Below, in pieces: positions 48,608 through 61,069 of a DNA stretch of 64,000 nt. The notes below the pieces were generated by a model, which searched no databases, had not been told where the DNA came from, and was given only the letters and a program-made list of their open reading frames with translations. This stretch comes from Balanoglossus misakiensis (Eukaryota > Animalia > Hemichordata). A program made the translations under genes and the position numbers. Position 1 is the first letter of the stretch. The number at the start of each line of letters is the position of its first letter. The stretch covers positions 7,301,519 through 7,365,518 of the forward strand of contig CM082578.2 of the NCBI GenBank assembly GCA_040954595.2, written 5' to 3'.

Positions 48608-51364
48608 ATGAATAAAGAATCAGTTGCCTTGTTTGGCCTCATTATTATTCTAGCTCAGATTAAAGGCAAGTGAAAATGCATTGAATTTTACTAACATACA
48701 CCTTTTCAGGTGGAGGGTGTTTCTATTATGATTTGTAATTATTTTGAAACGTTTTGCCCTCGCGGTACCAACGCCTAAGAGCTTTTATTTATAGAATTTT
48801 ACTTATGTAACACCTGCTGCAAGCAGCATTGGCGCTATTAATAAAAACACAAAGCTATAAATAGCACCGTACTGGTTGAAGTACTGTCTCCCAAAGCCGA
48901 TTGTATTACTCACGACGCCGTATTTCTGTCAAAGCTGTGTAGTTGTTGGGACGTCAAATATTGCAAAATAACAGAAACACCTCAAATATTTCACAACCAC
49001 TTGAAAAGGCTGTTTTTGACTATAGACTGTCTCACAAACCCCAATTTGTCGGCCACACTGCTCTGGTTTCTCTGCTGTGCTCTGATACACCAGCTGAGCC
49101 TGCCCGCCCAGCTCAGTCAGAAGGCACTGAGTAACCGGGGGCTGTGATAGAGTATTTACCACTACGACCTCAGTATAAGAGACAAGACGGGGGGAAAATT
49201 ACCTCCGCTCGCGAAAACGTTTGACATTACCGGTAGTGTAATCACAATTTCTACGCTGCACAGTTTGCCCGTAAACAGTTCTTGCATAGAAACCAACCTG
49301 TATGGGTACAACATGTAACATCGGTCTATGTGGGTGTGTGGGTATGACTGTGACGTCACTATATCTTGTCGTGACTTACAGGCAATACATCAAAGCCAAC
49401 CCGACATTTCCTCTGTCCAAGTATCAAGTTGTCATTTTCCCATATAACGAATATAGTTCAATGTACTAAACGGTTGATATTTTAAACAGATTACATTATT
49501 GAGACCACCTAAGTAGCTGATAACTTCTCTCTCTCTCTCTTGCAGACGCTGCGTCCCTGTTTCGCCAGCGTGCTAAGAAAGGCGACCCAGACTTCACACC
49601 ACCAGGTGAGATCAAAACCTCTCCATTGAAAGAGGGCGGGGGGGGGGGGGGGGGTCTCTGAATATGTTACCTGCTCACTGACATGGTCTGAAATATTTTT
49701 CGCCGAAATTCACAATAAATTGCCTCTTGACAAGCATAGGCCCGTACTCAGTAACCTTTCTTCCAATCACAGTCTACATGCAGGTAACTGCTATTAACTT
49801 AAAGTATGAACGGAGGCAACACTTCTCGGCAACTTATAACAGACGTTTCGTGATGACTCCGGTAATCATTTATATTTACTCGTGTTACTTACACAGATAC
49901 GTGTCTGAAAATTTGCCTGAATGGCGGGACATGCGAAAACGTCCATTCTGTACCTGACTGTGTTTGTCCACCCGGTTTCTACGGCGACAAATGCCAGTAT
50001 TCATCCGATCATGGTAGGTCTAACGACAGCTAATTTTTTTCTACTCAGTGACAGAATGCAAGTACTCAAAGAAGGCTCATAAATATGATGTGGTATTCCT
50101 TAAAATACACGAATGAAGCGGAATTGATGATTTACATGTAGATCACTTCATACACATACACACACGCACATACACACAAACACACACTCACCTAGTTGGT
50201 CTATTTTCACTCTATCCAGAAGACATCATATATTCTTCCCTTGATTCTAATAGAACAGTGCAATGAAAACCCGTGTAAAAATGGTGCCACTTGCCGGATA
50301 GAAGACAATCAGATGGTGTGCTTATGCACGGTGGCCTTCACCGGTGATCGCTGTCAAAAGGATTCTGTTTGTAAGTGGCTATTCTAATTGCTTTTACGAC
50401 ATAGTATTACCAAATTACCAATGTGTACTATATCATACCGGGTCCAGATACCCAGTAATCATTACCATATAAGGAATCAGCGAATTACCAGATCTATAAA
50501 AAATGATAAAAAAGAGTAGTCTTAAACCACTGTTAAGTGGCGGTACAAATTGTCCGGAATGGGCAAGGAACCTGTAAATGGAACTAGATTCTGTAGACAT
50601 TCCAAGGAGTAAATGTTTAAATTAATACAATAATCCGAGTAATAGACGGAGACTAGATCGGTCAGCTAGTTGGAAAGTGGACACTTGCCTCTAAAAAGTA
50701 TACTTCAACATTTCTTGCAGTGTATGACGTCATAATCAGCATCCCCGTGGTCATAGTGTTCATCGGTATCGCAATTGGTGTTGGAATGAAATATTACAGG
50801 CAAGGCAGTCGGGGTCGCGCCCAGGCGAGGGAAACTACTCCCGGAGCACGTAAGTCTTCAACGTTTCAAGTTCCAGCTAGAAGAAGTTTGCCCATCAGCA
50901 TTGAATCTGTGTATGCAACTGGTCGACATGGTGTCAGTTCGACCTCTGCGTCTTAAAGAATAACATTTGTTTCATTGATATGACCTATTAAAATACTGAG
51001 TTGTCTTTTAAAGCTATTACTTCCTTTCCCAAAGATGCCTGCTGCGATTTAAAGCTGATTTATTATACTATTTGCGCCCGTGCCTATGTCTTTCGCAGTT
51101 CCATCGACAACGACGCCCAGCCCAGTCTCGGGCGAAATGGTCCAACCGCCCCCGTACGAAGAAACGAACAGTGCGCCTCCACCGTATCCGGGCAACGAGA
51201 GTGACAAATACGACATTATCCTGGACGTCATCGATTCGCCTCCTCCGCCTTACGAGGTAACGTCAGCTGCCGATTTTACTGAATATTCAGAGGCGCCCGA
51301 GCGTGACGATCAAAATGCCGCGCCGTGTGATACACACACCCCGGGCACGGAGGTGTATCAGTAA
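48608..51364 (+). CDS. Small type I membrane protein SP-EGF-EGF-TM with three PPxY motifs (gene D)
   Basis: Phase-1 exons 48608-48665 (SP, GC donor gcaagt), 49546-49605, 49897-50013 ([23 protein letters not shown]), 50254-50370 ([24 protein letters not shown]), 50721-50849 (TM), 51099-51364 (PPPYEE, PPPYPG, PPPPYEV). Confidence 0.78.
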
Positions 51365-52500
51365 TGGTTTTCTGACACAGCTTAAAGCAACCGAAAACCG
51401 AAAACAACAACAACAGAAAACCCTCCAAGATTTTATCTTAATATCCAAGCAGACTCTATGATTGAAATTTAAACTACAGCATGACTCATGTCGTGTTTGG
51501 TGCGGCAGATGACGATAATGGCATCTGCAGTCCGAAATATTAGACATGTATGGTTCTCGAAAATGTCTAAATATGTCACAATATATTTTAGACGAAAAAT
51601 TTGGACAAGAAGCAATATTTAGAAAGACACGGCAGAAGAGAGTATGCTATGTATCGCCAGCAATCTGATTTTTACATTTTACCTAACCACTTAACCCAAT
51701 TCAAGTCGCTGCTGCACCACCGTATAATACGTGGCAATGACCGAAGAGTCGATTGCTTCGCGTTGGCGTGTTTGAGAAAGTAATCCGCGGCTCTTGAAAG
51801 AGCAGTATAAGCAACTGGGGACGACTTGGAGTTCAACGAGAAGTTCGCGAAGAGTCGGAAAGTATAGGCTTCGGGGTGGAAATGCAAGAATTTAATTTGG
51901 AAAGGTGAATGCAAAGGTGAAATGATGGACGGCTCTCCGGCAGTGCTCTGTCCTCTTAAAGCCACTTAGGGCGCTGTTGTTTTGGGTATTAAATGCTGGG
52001 GAGAAAATGTCTCCAGTGATTCAATAGGCTGCTCTCGAGCATCAACTGGGAGCTGCTGTTCATTCTGAAGCAAGTACATATATCTGGGATACTGACATAT
52101 TTCGCGTGCTCGCAATGAGCGAACTGAAGTTACCTTGCCTCTCCCCCTACGTATTAACTCTATGCATCACGCATATCCAGTACTAAAAGAGATTTTAGAC
52201 GAACAATTTTTTAAATGTTGGGTTTTGTTGAACTTTGGCCGTGCATTCTGGTGGCTGGCTTTTTTTCAGAATGTGAGTTTGTCGCATTTAATACAATTGA
52301 ATAAATAATTGACCGAATTCATCATGATCATTTAATGATATGTGGTTAAAATATCTCGGTGTTGTATGGCAAGGGATGTCATTCTGAAGGCTTGTATCCG
52401 GGGAAAAACACACCCTCTACCACAATCGGTGCATAAGGATTCTTGATTATGAATTATCGAGCGTTTGAATCATATTATCACACACTACACCAGCACTTGA

Positions 52501-52847
52501 AGGGACACAGTCTCTTTCTCGCTGCCCCTTTTCCATTGATTATATTTGATACAAGACACCGTTTAAATTATTCTACATGTGGATATATAGTGAATCAACG
52601 TTCGACCACACACAACTTCAATCCCACTTGTAAACACGAGAGTGAAAAACTCGCCAACATGAATAATCGGTGTTTACCATTTATTCCTTTTGGTGAGATT
52701 TTTACTCTCATATCCTACAAACGGGATGGGAGTTGTGTGTGGTTGTACGTTGATTCACTATATATCCACATGTAGAATAACATAAACGGTGTCTTGTATC
52801 AAACATAATTAATGGAAAAGGGCCTGCGAGAGAGAGACTATGTCCCT
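52501..52847. mobile_element. MITE with long (about 130 bp) terminal inverted repeats
   Basis: agggacacagtctct...gatacaagacaccgttta..ttattctacatgtggatatatagtgaatcaacgt is mirrored at 52716-52847; AG...CT termini flanked by TTAA-like TTGA/TTTA. Confidence 0.8.
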
Positions 52848-53147
52848 TTTATAGCAGAGGTCAAAGTGTAGTAAAAAAAACGAAACATTGCAGTGCAGTG
52901 CATATTAGATTTATTTCGCCAAAAAGATTTACATCAGTCCACAATACATGCTGCTTGTGAGTGATATTTTAAATGACAATACGTGAAAGGTATACAATGA
53001 GAGTAATAATGTTCAGCCAGCGTTGAAGTGTATCTGCACGCGTATAGGTCTAAGGAAGTGTATTTAAAGCTATGTCGTCGATCTGCGGTTCACCAACAAA
53101 GCGCCGAAGTGTGTATTGATTCACTCCGAACTCTTCACAACCAGCAT

Positions 53148-54062
53148 CTATCGCACTAATTGGGGGAAAAAAGAATAAGGAAGGTTAGTGTTGTTTGTCC
53201 AAAGAATGAACGATATTTATATAATTAGGCCTAAACAATAACCCTTAGCTAAGGAGCTAACGGTGGATATAACATGAGATGTACTAAAAATGTACATGTA
53301 TTCAGACCATAATACAATAAAATCTATATCCAATTATGATAATTACATATTTTAAACTTTTTATTTTTTAAGGCACTTCTAATAAGAAATATGTCATGAT
53401 TTATCGGAAGTTATACCTGCTTGGCATATGAAAGCTTTCTCTGCAGAGCACGCCGTATCATCCCAAGTGTGGCCTGCAGCCGCCCTGTATATGCAAATAG
53501 GAAAGTGCAAAATATTCGTGAGTTCCTAATTAGAATACACATTTAATTTTAACCCAGTATGTACGAATGGTAACCTCCTTCTTTTTAGATGCATTACAAT
53601 GTATGTTCGGTTCGAATAAATACTATTCTCTTTACAGTCATCAATACTAGTGAAGAAGTATGCTCCGAACAAAATACGTTTAATAGCCATGCATGTATGG
53701 TTCCCCTCCGAAGGGATTTAAAGGGATTTAATTACCACAGTTGTATGCAGTCACCACCGTCGTTTGGTTCTCCCGGTTGCCAAGGTTGGTAGCTACCCAG
53801 TGGCACTCCATCAGTAGTGACCCAGCTATTGGCAGAATTTAATTTGCCATTTATCCAAATATTCGCGCTTATCATTCCACTTTGCTGGAGCAGTTCTACT
53901 ATAGCTGCATGTTTCTCCACACTGGTGTCTTTCACAAGAGACATACCATTTGCTGCACACGTGGTGTAGGCGCTTTTGAATGGCTTGGCGTCAGTGAATA
54001 ACTTCATCGGAGGTTCTGTAAAATGACAACAATTACGGTAAAACATAACATACATACATACA

Positions 54063-54096
<34 letters not shown>

Positions 54097-54171
54097 CATA
54101 CATACATACATACATACATACATACATACATACATACATACATACATACATACATACATACATACATACAT

Positions 54172-54220
<49 letters not shown>

Positions 54221-55512
54221 GTCAAGCAATTCATGGGAGGAGAAAACTGTTAAATGCGACTATTAATGTTAATTTATTAAACAATTACCTGGTTGGCATA
54301 TAAATGGTTTCATTGAATCACACGAGATATCATCCCAATTGTGGCCCGAGCCCGCCCTGTAAATACAGAACGAAATTAAATGTAGGTACCGGGGACGAAA
54401 ATATAAGGAAAAAGCAGAGCCCGCACAAATTTAGTAACATGGAACATACGATGCTTTTAACTACGCATTTGTCACCACGGGTGACTCAGTCATCGGTAAA
54501 GAATGAACAAAATCAATCAATAAATTAAAGTTGTCTTTGTCGTATGATTAAAGTTTTCACAATGACGTCTAGATTAATGATTTTTTGGCGGTTAATATAC
54601 TGGTATAATCCATCTGACAAATCTTATTGAAATCTGACCTAGGGTTGGCTCAAATGTTACCTTTGCCGATCCTTGGCTGTTCTGTGCCCAATAAGGGGCG
54701 TGTACACCCGAGAGAGCAGAACAGTCAATACGATTGACAAAAGTTAAATGCATCATAACGCAAAATATGATTTTAATCCAAATTGCGATCTGGCGTGCAT
54801 AGATTAGAGACTTTCTTAATGTGGTGTTGTGGTTTCTTTCCCTCATGTGAATTTTTTTTTTCAGGATTATTTTCAGCCACGTCCTCTTTGGCGAGTTTGT
54901 TCCACGCTGCTGGCGCCCAAGTGTATACTTACTAGTATACTAAATAATAAACTCACCAAAGTTGTATACAGTCGCCATTTGCGTTTGGTTCTCCAGGTGC
55001 CCAAGGCTGGTAGCTGCCAAATGGCACGCCCTCAGTGGTCGCCCAAGCACCAGTAGCGAGTGTCTTGCCATTCACCCAAATACTCGTATGTGCCATGCCA
55101 TTGCGATGTAGCAGATTTATTATGGCAGCATGTTTTCCCTTACTTATGTCTTTCACAAGAACCATGCTGCTCGCCTCACATGTTGCCTGGGCATCGCTGA
55201 ACGTCTTTGCCACATTGAATACCGTCATTGGATATTCTTAAAAAAACATAAATGTTCTAAATTAAAAATTACAACCATACAACCATACAACCATACATAC
55301 AACCATACAACCATACAACCATACAACCATACATACATACATACATACATACATACATACATACATACATACATACATTCATACATTCATACATACATAC
55401 ATACATACATACATACATACATACATACATACATACATACATACATACATACATACATACATACATGTACATACATACATACATACATTCATTCATACAT
55501 ACATACATACAT

Positions 55513-55545
<33 letters not shown>

Positions 55546-58500
55546 TACATACATACATACATACATACATACATACATACATACCAACTTGACAGATGAA
55601 TGGTCTTGTTGAAGCACATGATATATCATCCCAGCCGCGGCCTGGGCCCGCCCTGTATACAATGTATACATAATAAAAAGAAAATTAGACACATTCGGAC
55701 TTTAAAAGTCTTCAGTTGAGCAAAACATCATCTTATAGAAGGCTTGTCGCAACAAATTCCTCTGAAATATTTGGACACCCATGAGCAAGACAATTACACG
55801 TGAATGATCGTGTGTTAATGCTTCTGAAGGGTTATGTTAACTCACCACAGTTGTAAACAGTCACCATTTCCGTTTGGTTCCCCAGGTGCCCAATGCTGGT
55901 AACAGTTCAATACCACGCCCTCAGTGGTCAACCATCTACCGTTGGAGTCTTTTTTGCCGTTTAGCCAAATGTTCGTTAGCTCCCTTTCATTATTCTGCAG
56001 CATTTGCACTATTGTCGTATGCGTTTCCGTGCTTGTGTCTTTCACTAGTGTCATTCCAATTTCTTCACATGTAGCCTGAGCATCATCAAAGGTCTTGGCT
56101 TCGTCAAAGTACTTCAGCGAGGTCCCTTTGATGATGTAAAAGTGTTGTCCTTATGATATTGTTGTTAGGCGAGTTAGACCATATGGTGAATCTTAGAGCT
56201 TGACGGCTTTTCGTTTATGCTATCATATGTGCTATTACAATTGGATAACTGTTTTATATTGGGATTCTAGCTCTCGTAATGTATTCTCATAGTGATTATT
56301 TTGGGGCTGTACGTACATTGTATGCACAAACAAACCGCTACATGTTCTGACCTTTAGTTTGAAGCAAGGGTTAAAGCGCGTAACTCGTCTCACACGCATG
56401 TTCCAGCTGTAGCCGCTGGTTACAGACGTTTAGTGAACAGTCAATCCCATAGGGCAGTGCTCTGTCCAAACAACACACAATATGGCGGCGACCATAATCT
56501 GTGTCGGAGATGGTGAAAAGACACCAGCTTGGGTGAAAAGGAGGGACAAAACCAGAATTTACTAATACGGTGCGCATGAAACGGAAAATTTGCTGAACAT
56601 TTGTTGGCTAAGTTACGCGCATGCGTGTGAGACGAGCTGGTCGCTTTAAAGAATAAATGAGAACGTGTCAACTCACAAGCACTTGTTGGAAGCTGTAGAA
56701 GTTGGTTTGGTGTTAGTGACCGGTGGCTTTCAGGCACATTAACAGACATGTCGATTTTTCCTGACTGAGCAGCGTTCATTAATATATGGAACATGCCATC
56801 TTGCGTGAGAGTGGGGTCTTCTTCAAGGAGAAGGGCTGCCACGCCTAGAGAAAATAGGGAGCAACATTTTATGAACATTTTATTGTGGAAGAAGGAGTCG
56901 GTGAAAGTTGGCAGTTCGTTGAGTTTAAAGAGTCCTCAAAACTTCTCTCGATATTTGTGAGGGTGTACTGAAAACGGCGAGGTGATAACAGCTCGCGTTG
57001 GGCGTGATGCGGAGCTGAGCAGTTTTGGACAAGGTACGATTGACGTGGTTAATTCACAACCCATTCTTTATCAATATACACCTTTACGTTTTAGTGACCT
57101 TTGATAATAGTCAACGAGTTAATACGATGTGTCTTCCCCGTCCTCTGAAAATATGAAAACAACTCTACCAGATACATGAGGCGTTGCCATGGAACATCCA
57201 CTCTGAGTGGCGTAGCTGGAATCACTGCCGATGGTGGAACTATTGACGTCAGTTCCGGGTGCCAGAATGCTGACGCAGCTGCCGTAGCTTGAATAATCTG
57301 CGAAGCCATCACCAGAGTCGGTAGCGCCCACTGTGATCGCCTGCAACATACAAAAAACAGATGCAAATTAAGTAAAAGAAGTGCCTTAAATGGGGAATAG
57401 ACCATTTCCCGAACTTCATGAGACCATGCGAGATCTCGCGTGATTGAGCAGTTTATATGGCGTGACATTATTATTTTACACAGGACAAACAACACAAGGT
57501 GTATAGATTGCACTGCAACTATTAAACAGTGTATTTCTCTGCCTGACTACAGTTACAATTTTAGAAGTTCTGTCTGAATGTAACAAAGCGATGTAAAGCT
57601 AGTGGTTGCATACATACATTGGGACATAAGCTATTACCACATTATACAAAAAGTGGTTTTCTCATACAATGACATTTTTTACCATTGTTCACTATAAAAC
57701 TCGTGCATGCAATATCCAAACCATTGGACAGGAGATATGTTGTCATATATTTATAATACTATAAACGGTAAGATAAGTGATATTTATCATAGTTTGAAGA
57801 TACTACCTCGAGGGCTGATGCAGGTGACCACGAACACGCATCTTGGTGGAAGTTTCCAGCGCAAACAGGCACGATGTATCCAGCTTCGGTTAGGCGTCTA
57901 ACGGCCAAATTCATACTGGTGGAGGCCCCGCCAAATAATGACATGGAAACCACTGCTGGTTTCATATTGGAACCAGCGATTTGATCCATAGCTGTGAGTA
58001 AATGATTGAGATGTGGTGTGGCTTAAATATCTACAATAGATACATTCGAAACATTTTATGTGGAGTGGCCAGTGGGCATACCATGTCCAATTATGATACG
58101 CGGAAAATTGCTCCCTTTGACTGAAAATACGCTAGTCTTGCATAAGGTTTAAATTACTGTACAGTTATTAATGATCATTTCGGCTCACCCGCTATCACGC
58201 CACTGGTTGGTCCATTACCACCGCAATCAAAAACACGACACGAATATAAAGTAACACCAGGTGCAACGCCAACAGTGTTTCCACCAACGGTACCAGCACA
58301 GTGAGTTCCATGTCCGGTGCAGTCACTTCCCTGTAAAATATGGGCAATCATGTGAAGTCGTTATCACGTGATATACGTTTGATATATAAAATATTCATTG
58401 CCTCCAAAACAGCAACATGTCGTATTTTGCACACATCTTTCAATGTTTCATACATGAATACATACATACATACATACATACATACATACATACATACATA

Positions 58501-59077
58501 CATACATACATACATACATACATACATACATACATACATACATACATACATACATACATACATACATACATACATACATACAGACATACAGACATACAGA
58601 CAGACATAGACAGACAGACAGACAGACAGTGTACATGTACAGGTGTATACATTTTTAACATTGTGTGTAAGCTTATTAGCATAAACCTTACATCATAACC
58701 ATCTGAGAATCCGTCGTAGAATGGATGTGCTCTCCCACCAAACACTTCGTGACTAAAAAGTATTCCAGTGTCGACTACAAAAACATTCACCCCAGTACCG
58801 ATAACTGCGAATAACAGAAAGTACGTTACAGAAGGTATAAAATATGTAAAAACTGTAAACTTAACAGCAACTGCTATCGACCTGAAATGGAACTAATATA
58901 GATTGTAAAGTGAAATAGCAACAAATATGTCAAATTAAATGTCTTACTGAATGGTGTCGAAGTATAGAGCTCGTCCAGTGGCAGATCGGCTTGGTTGATC
59001 CTGTCCAGACCCCATGCCACCCCTCCATGGGCAACTTCGTCTTCTTCAACGTAGTCTACCTCATCCAGCCAACGAAG
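53148..59077 (-). CDS. Proteinase-K-like subtilase (S8A) fused to three C-type lectin domains; 5' exons lie outside the window
   Basis: Exons 59077-58948 (VDYVEED..WGLDRINQ), 58804-58692 (VVDTG), 58330-58189 (HGTHCAG), 57991-57807 (CAGN..SPAS), 57340-57169 (SGCSMATPHV), 56844-56677, then three 280+68-nt exon pairs (56125-55846/55652-55585; 55236-54957/54356-54289; 54015-53736/53484-53417) with WxNG, PGEPN and WDD, and a last exon 53155-53148 (VR*). AATAAA at 52910-52915. Confidence 0.87.
54048..54220. repeat. (ACAT)n + (ACAG)n microsatellite
   Basis: Directly visible. Confidence 0.95.
55270..55584. repeat. Compound (ATACAACC)n / (ACAT)n microsatellite
   Basis: Directly visible; fills nearly the whole intron. 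Confidence 0.95.
56375..56645. mobile_element. Kolobok-like MITE in a subtilase intron
   Basis: TTAA|AGCGCGTAACTCGTCTCACACGCATG ... CATGCGTGTGAGACGAGCTGGTCGCT|TTAA: imperfect 26-bp TIR, TTAA duplication, AG..CT termini. Confidence 0.75.
58458..58629. repeat. (ACAT)n / (ACAG)n microsatellite
   Basis: Directly visible. Confidence 0.95.
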
Positions 59078-59157
59078 CTGTGGTAGATATGTACTGGTAA
59101 ATTAACTTCTCGGCACACAGGCATAGATAGATATACATATAGATAGACGAATGCACG

Positions 59158-61066
59158 CATACATACATACATACATACATACATACATACATACATACAT
59201 ACATACATACATACATACATACATACATACATACATACATACATACATACATACATACATACATACATACATACATACATACATACATACATACATACAT
59301 ACATACATACATACATACATACATACATACATACATACATACATACATACATACATACATACATACATACATACATACATACATACATACATACATACAT
59401 ACATACATACATACATACATACATACATACATACATACATACATACATACATACATACATACATACATACATACATACATACATACATACATACATACAT
59501 ACATACATACATACATACATACATACATACATACATACATACATACATACATACATACATACATACATACATACATACATACATACATACATACATACAT
59601 ACATACATACATACATACATACATACATACATACATACATACATACATACATACATACATACATACATACATACATACATACATACATACATACATACAT
59701 ACATACATACATACATACATACATACATACATACATACATACATACATACATACATACATACATACATACATACATACATACATACATACATACATACAT
59801 ACATACATACATACATACATACATACATACATACATACATACATACATACATACATACATACATACATACATACATACATACATACATACATACATACAT
59901 ACATACATACATACATACATACATACATACATACATACATACATACATACATACATACATACATACATACATACATACATACATACATACATACATACAT
60001 ACATACATACATACATACATACATACATACATACATACATACATACATACATACATACATACATACATACATACATACATACATACATACATACATACAT
60101 ACATACATACATACATACATACATACATACATACATACATACATACATACATACATACATACATACATACATACATACATACATACATACATACATACAT
60201 ACATACATACATACATACATACATACATACATACATACATACATACATACATACATACATACATACATACATACATACATACATACATACATACATACAT
60301 ACATACATACATACATACATACATACATACATACATACATACATACATACATACATACATACATACATACATACATACATACATACATACATACATACAT
60401 ACATACATACATACATACATACATACATACATACATACATACATACATACATACATACATACATACATACATACATACATACATACATACATACATACAT
60501 ACATACATACATACATACATACATACATACATACATACATACATACATACATACATACATACATACATACATACATACATACATACATACATACATACAT
60601 ACATACATACATACATACATACATACATACATACATACATACATACATACATACATACATACATACATACATACATACATACATACATACATACATACAT
60701 ACATACATACATACATACATACATACATACATACATACATACATACATACATACATACATACATACATACATACATACATACATACATACATACATACAT
60801 ACATACATACATACATACATACATACATACATACATACATACATACATACATACATACATACATACATACATACATACATACATACATACATACATACAT
60901 ACATACATACATACATACATACATACATACATACATACATACATACATACATACATACATACATACATACATACATACATACATACATACATACATACAT
61001 ACATACATACATACATACATACATACATACATACATAAATACATACATGTACATACATACATACAT
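59158..61066. repeat. Very long (ACAT)n tetranucleotide tract, about 1.9 kb
   Basis: Uninterrupted to about 61036, then a short degenerate end. Confidence 0.98.
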
Positions 61067-61069
61067 GCT

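Noticed and set aside
42461-51364. Genes C and D as EGFR ligands or Delta/Serrate
   Set aside because: Each EGF is encoded by a single exon, whereas EGFR-ligand EGFs are typically split between C4 and C5, and no DSL domain was seen.
56371-56577. Cys-rich ORF as a constitutive linker exon of the subtilase
   Set aside because: It lies inside a TIR/TSD-bounded MITE and ends in a stop; 56677 splices in frame directly to 56125.
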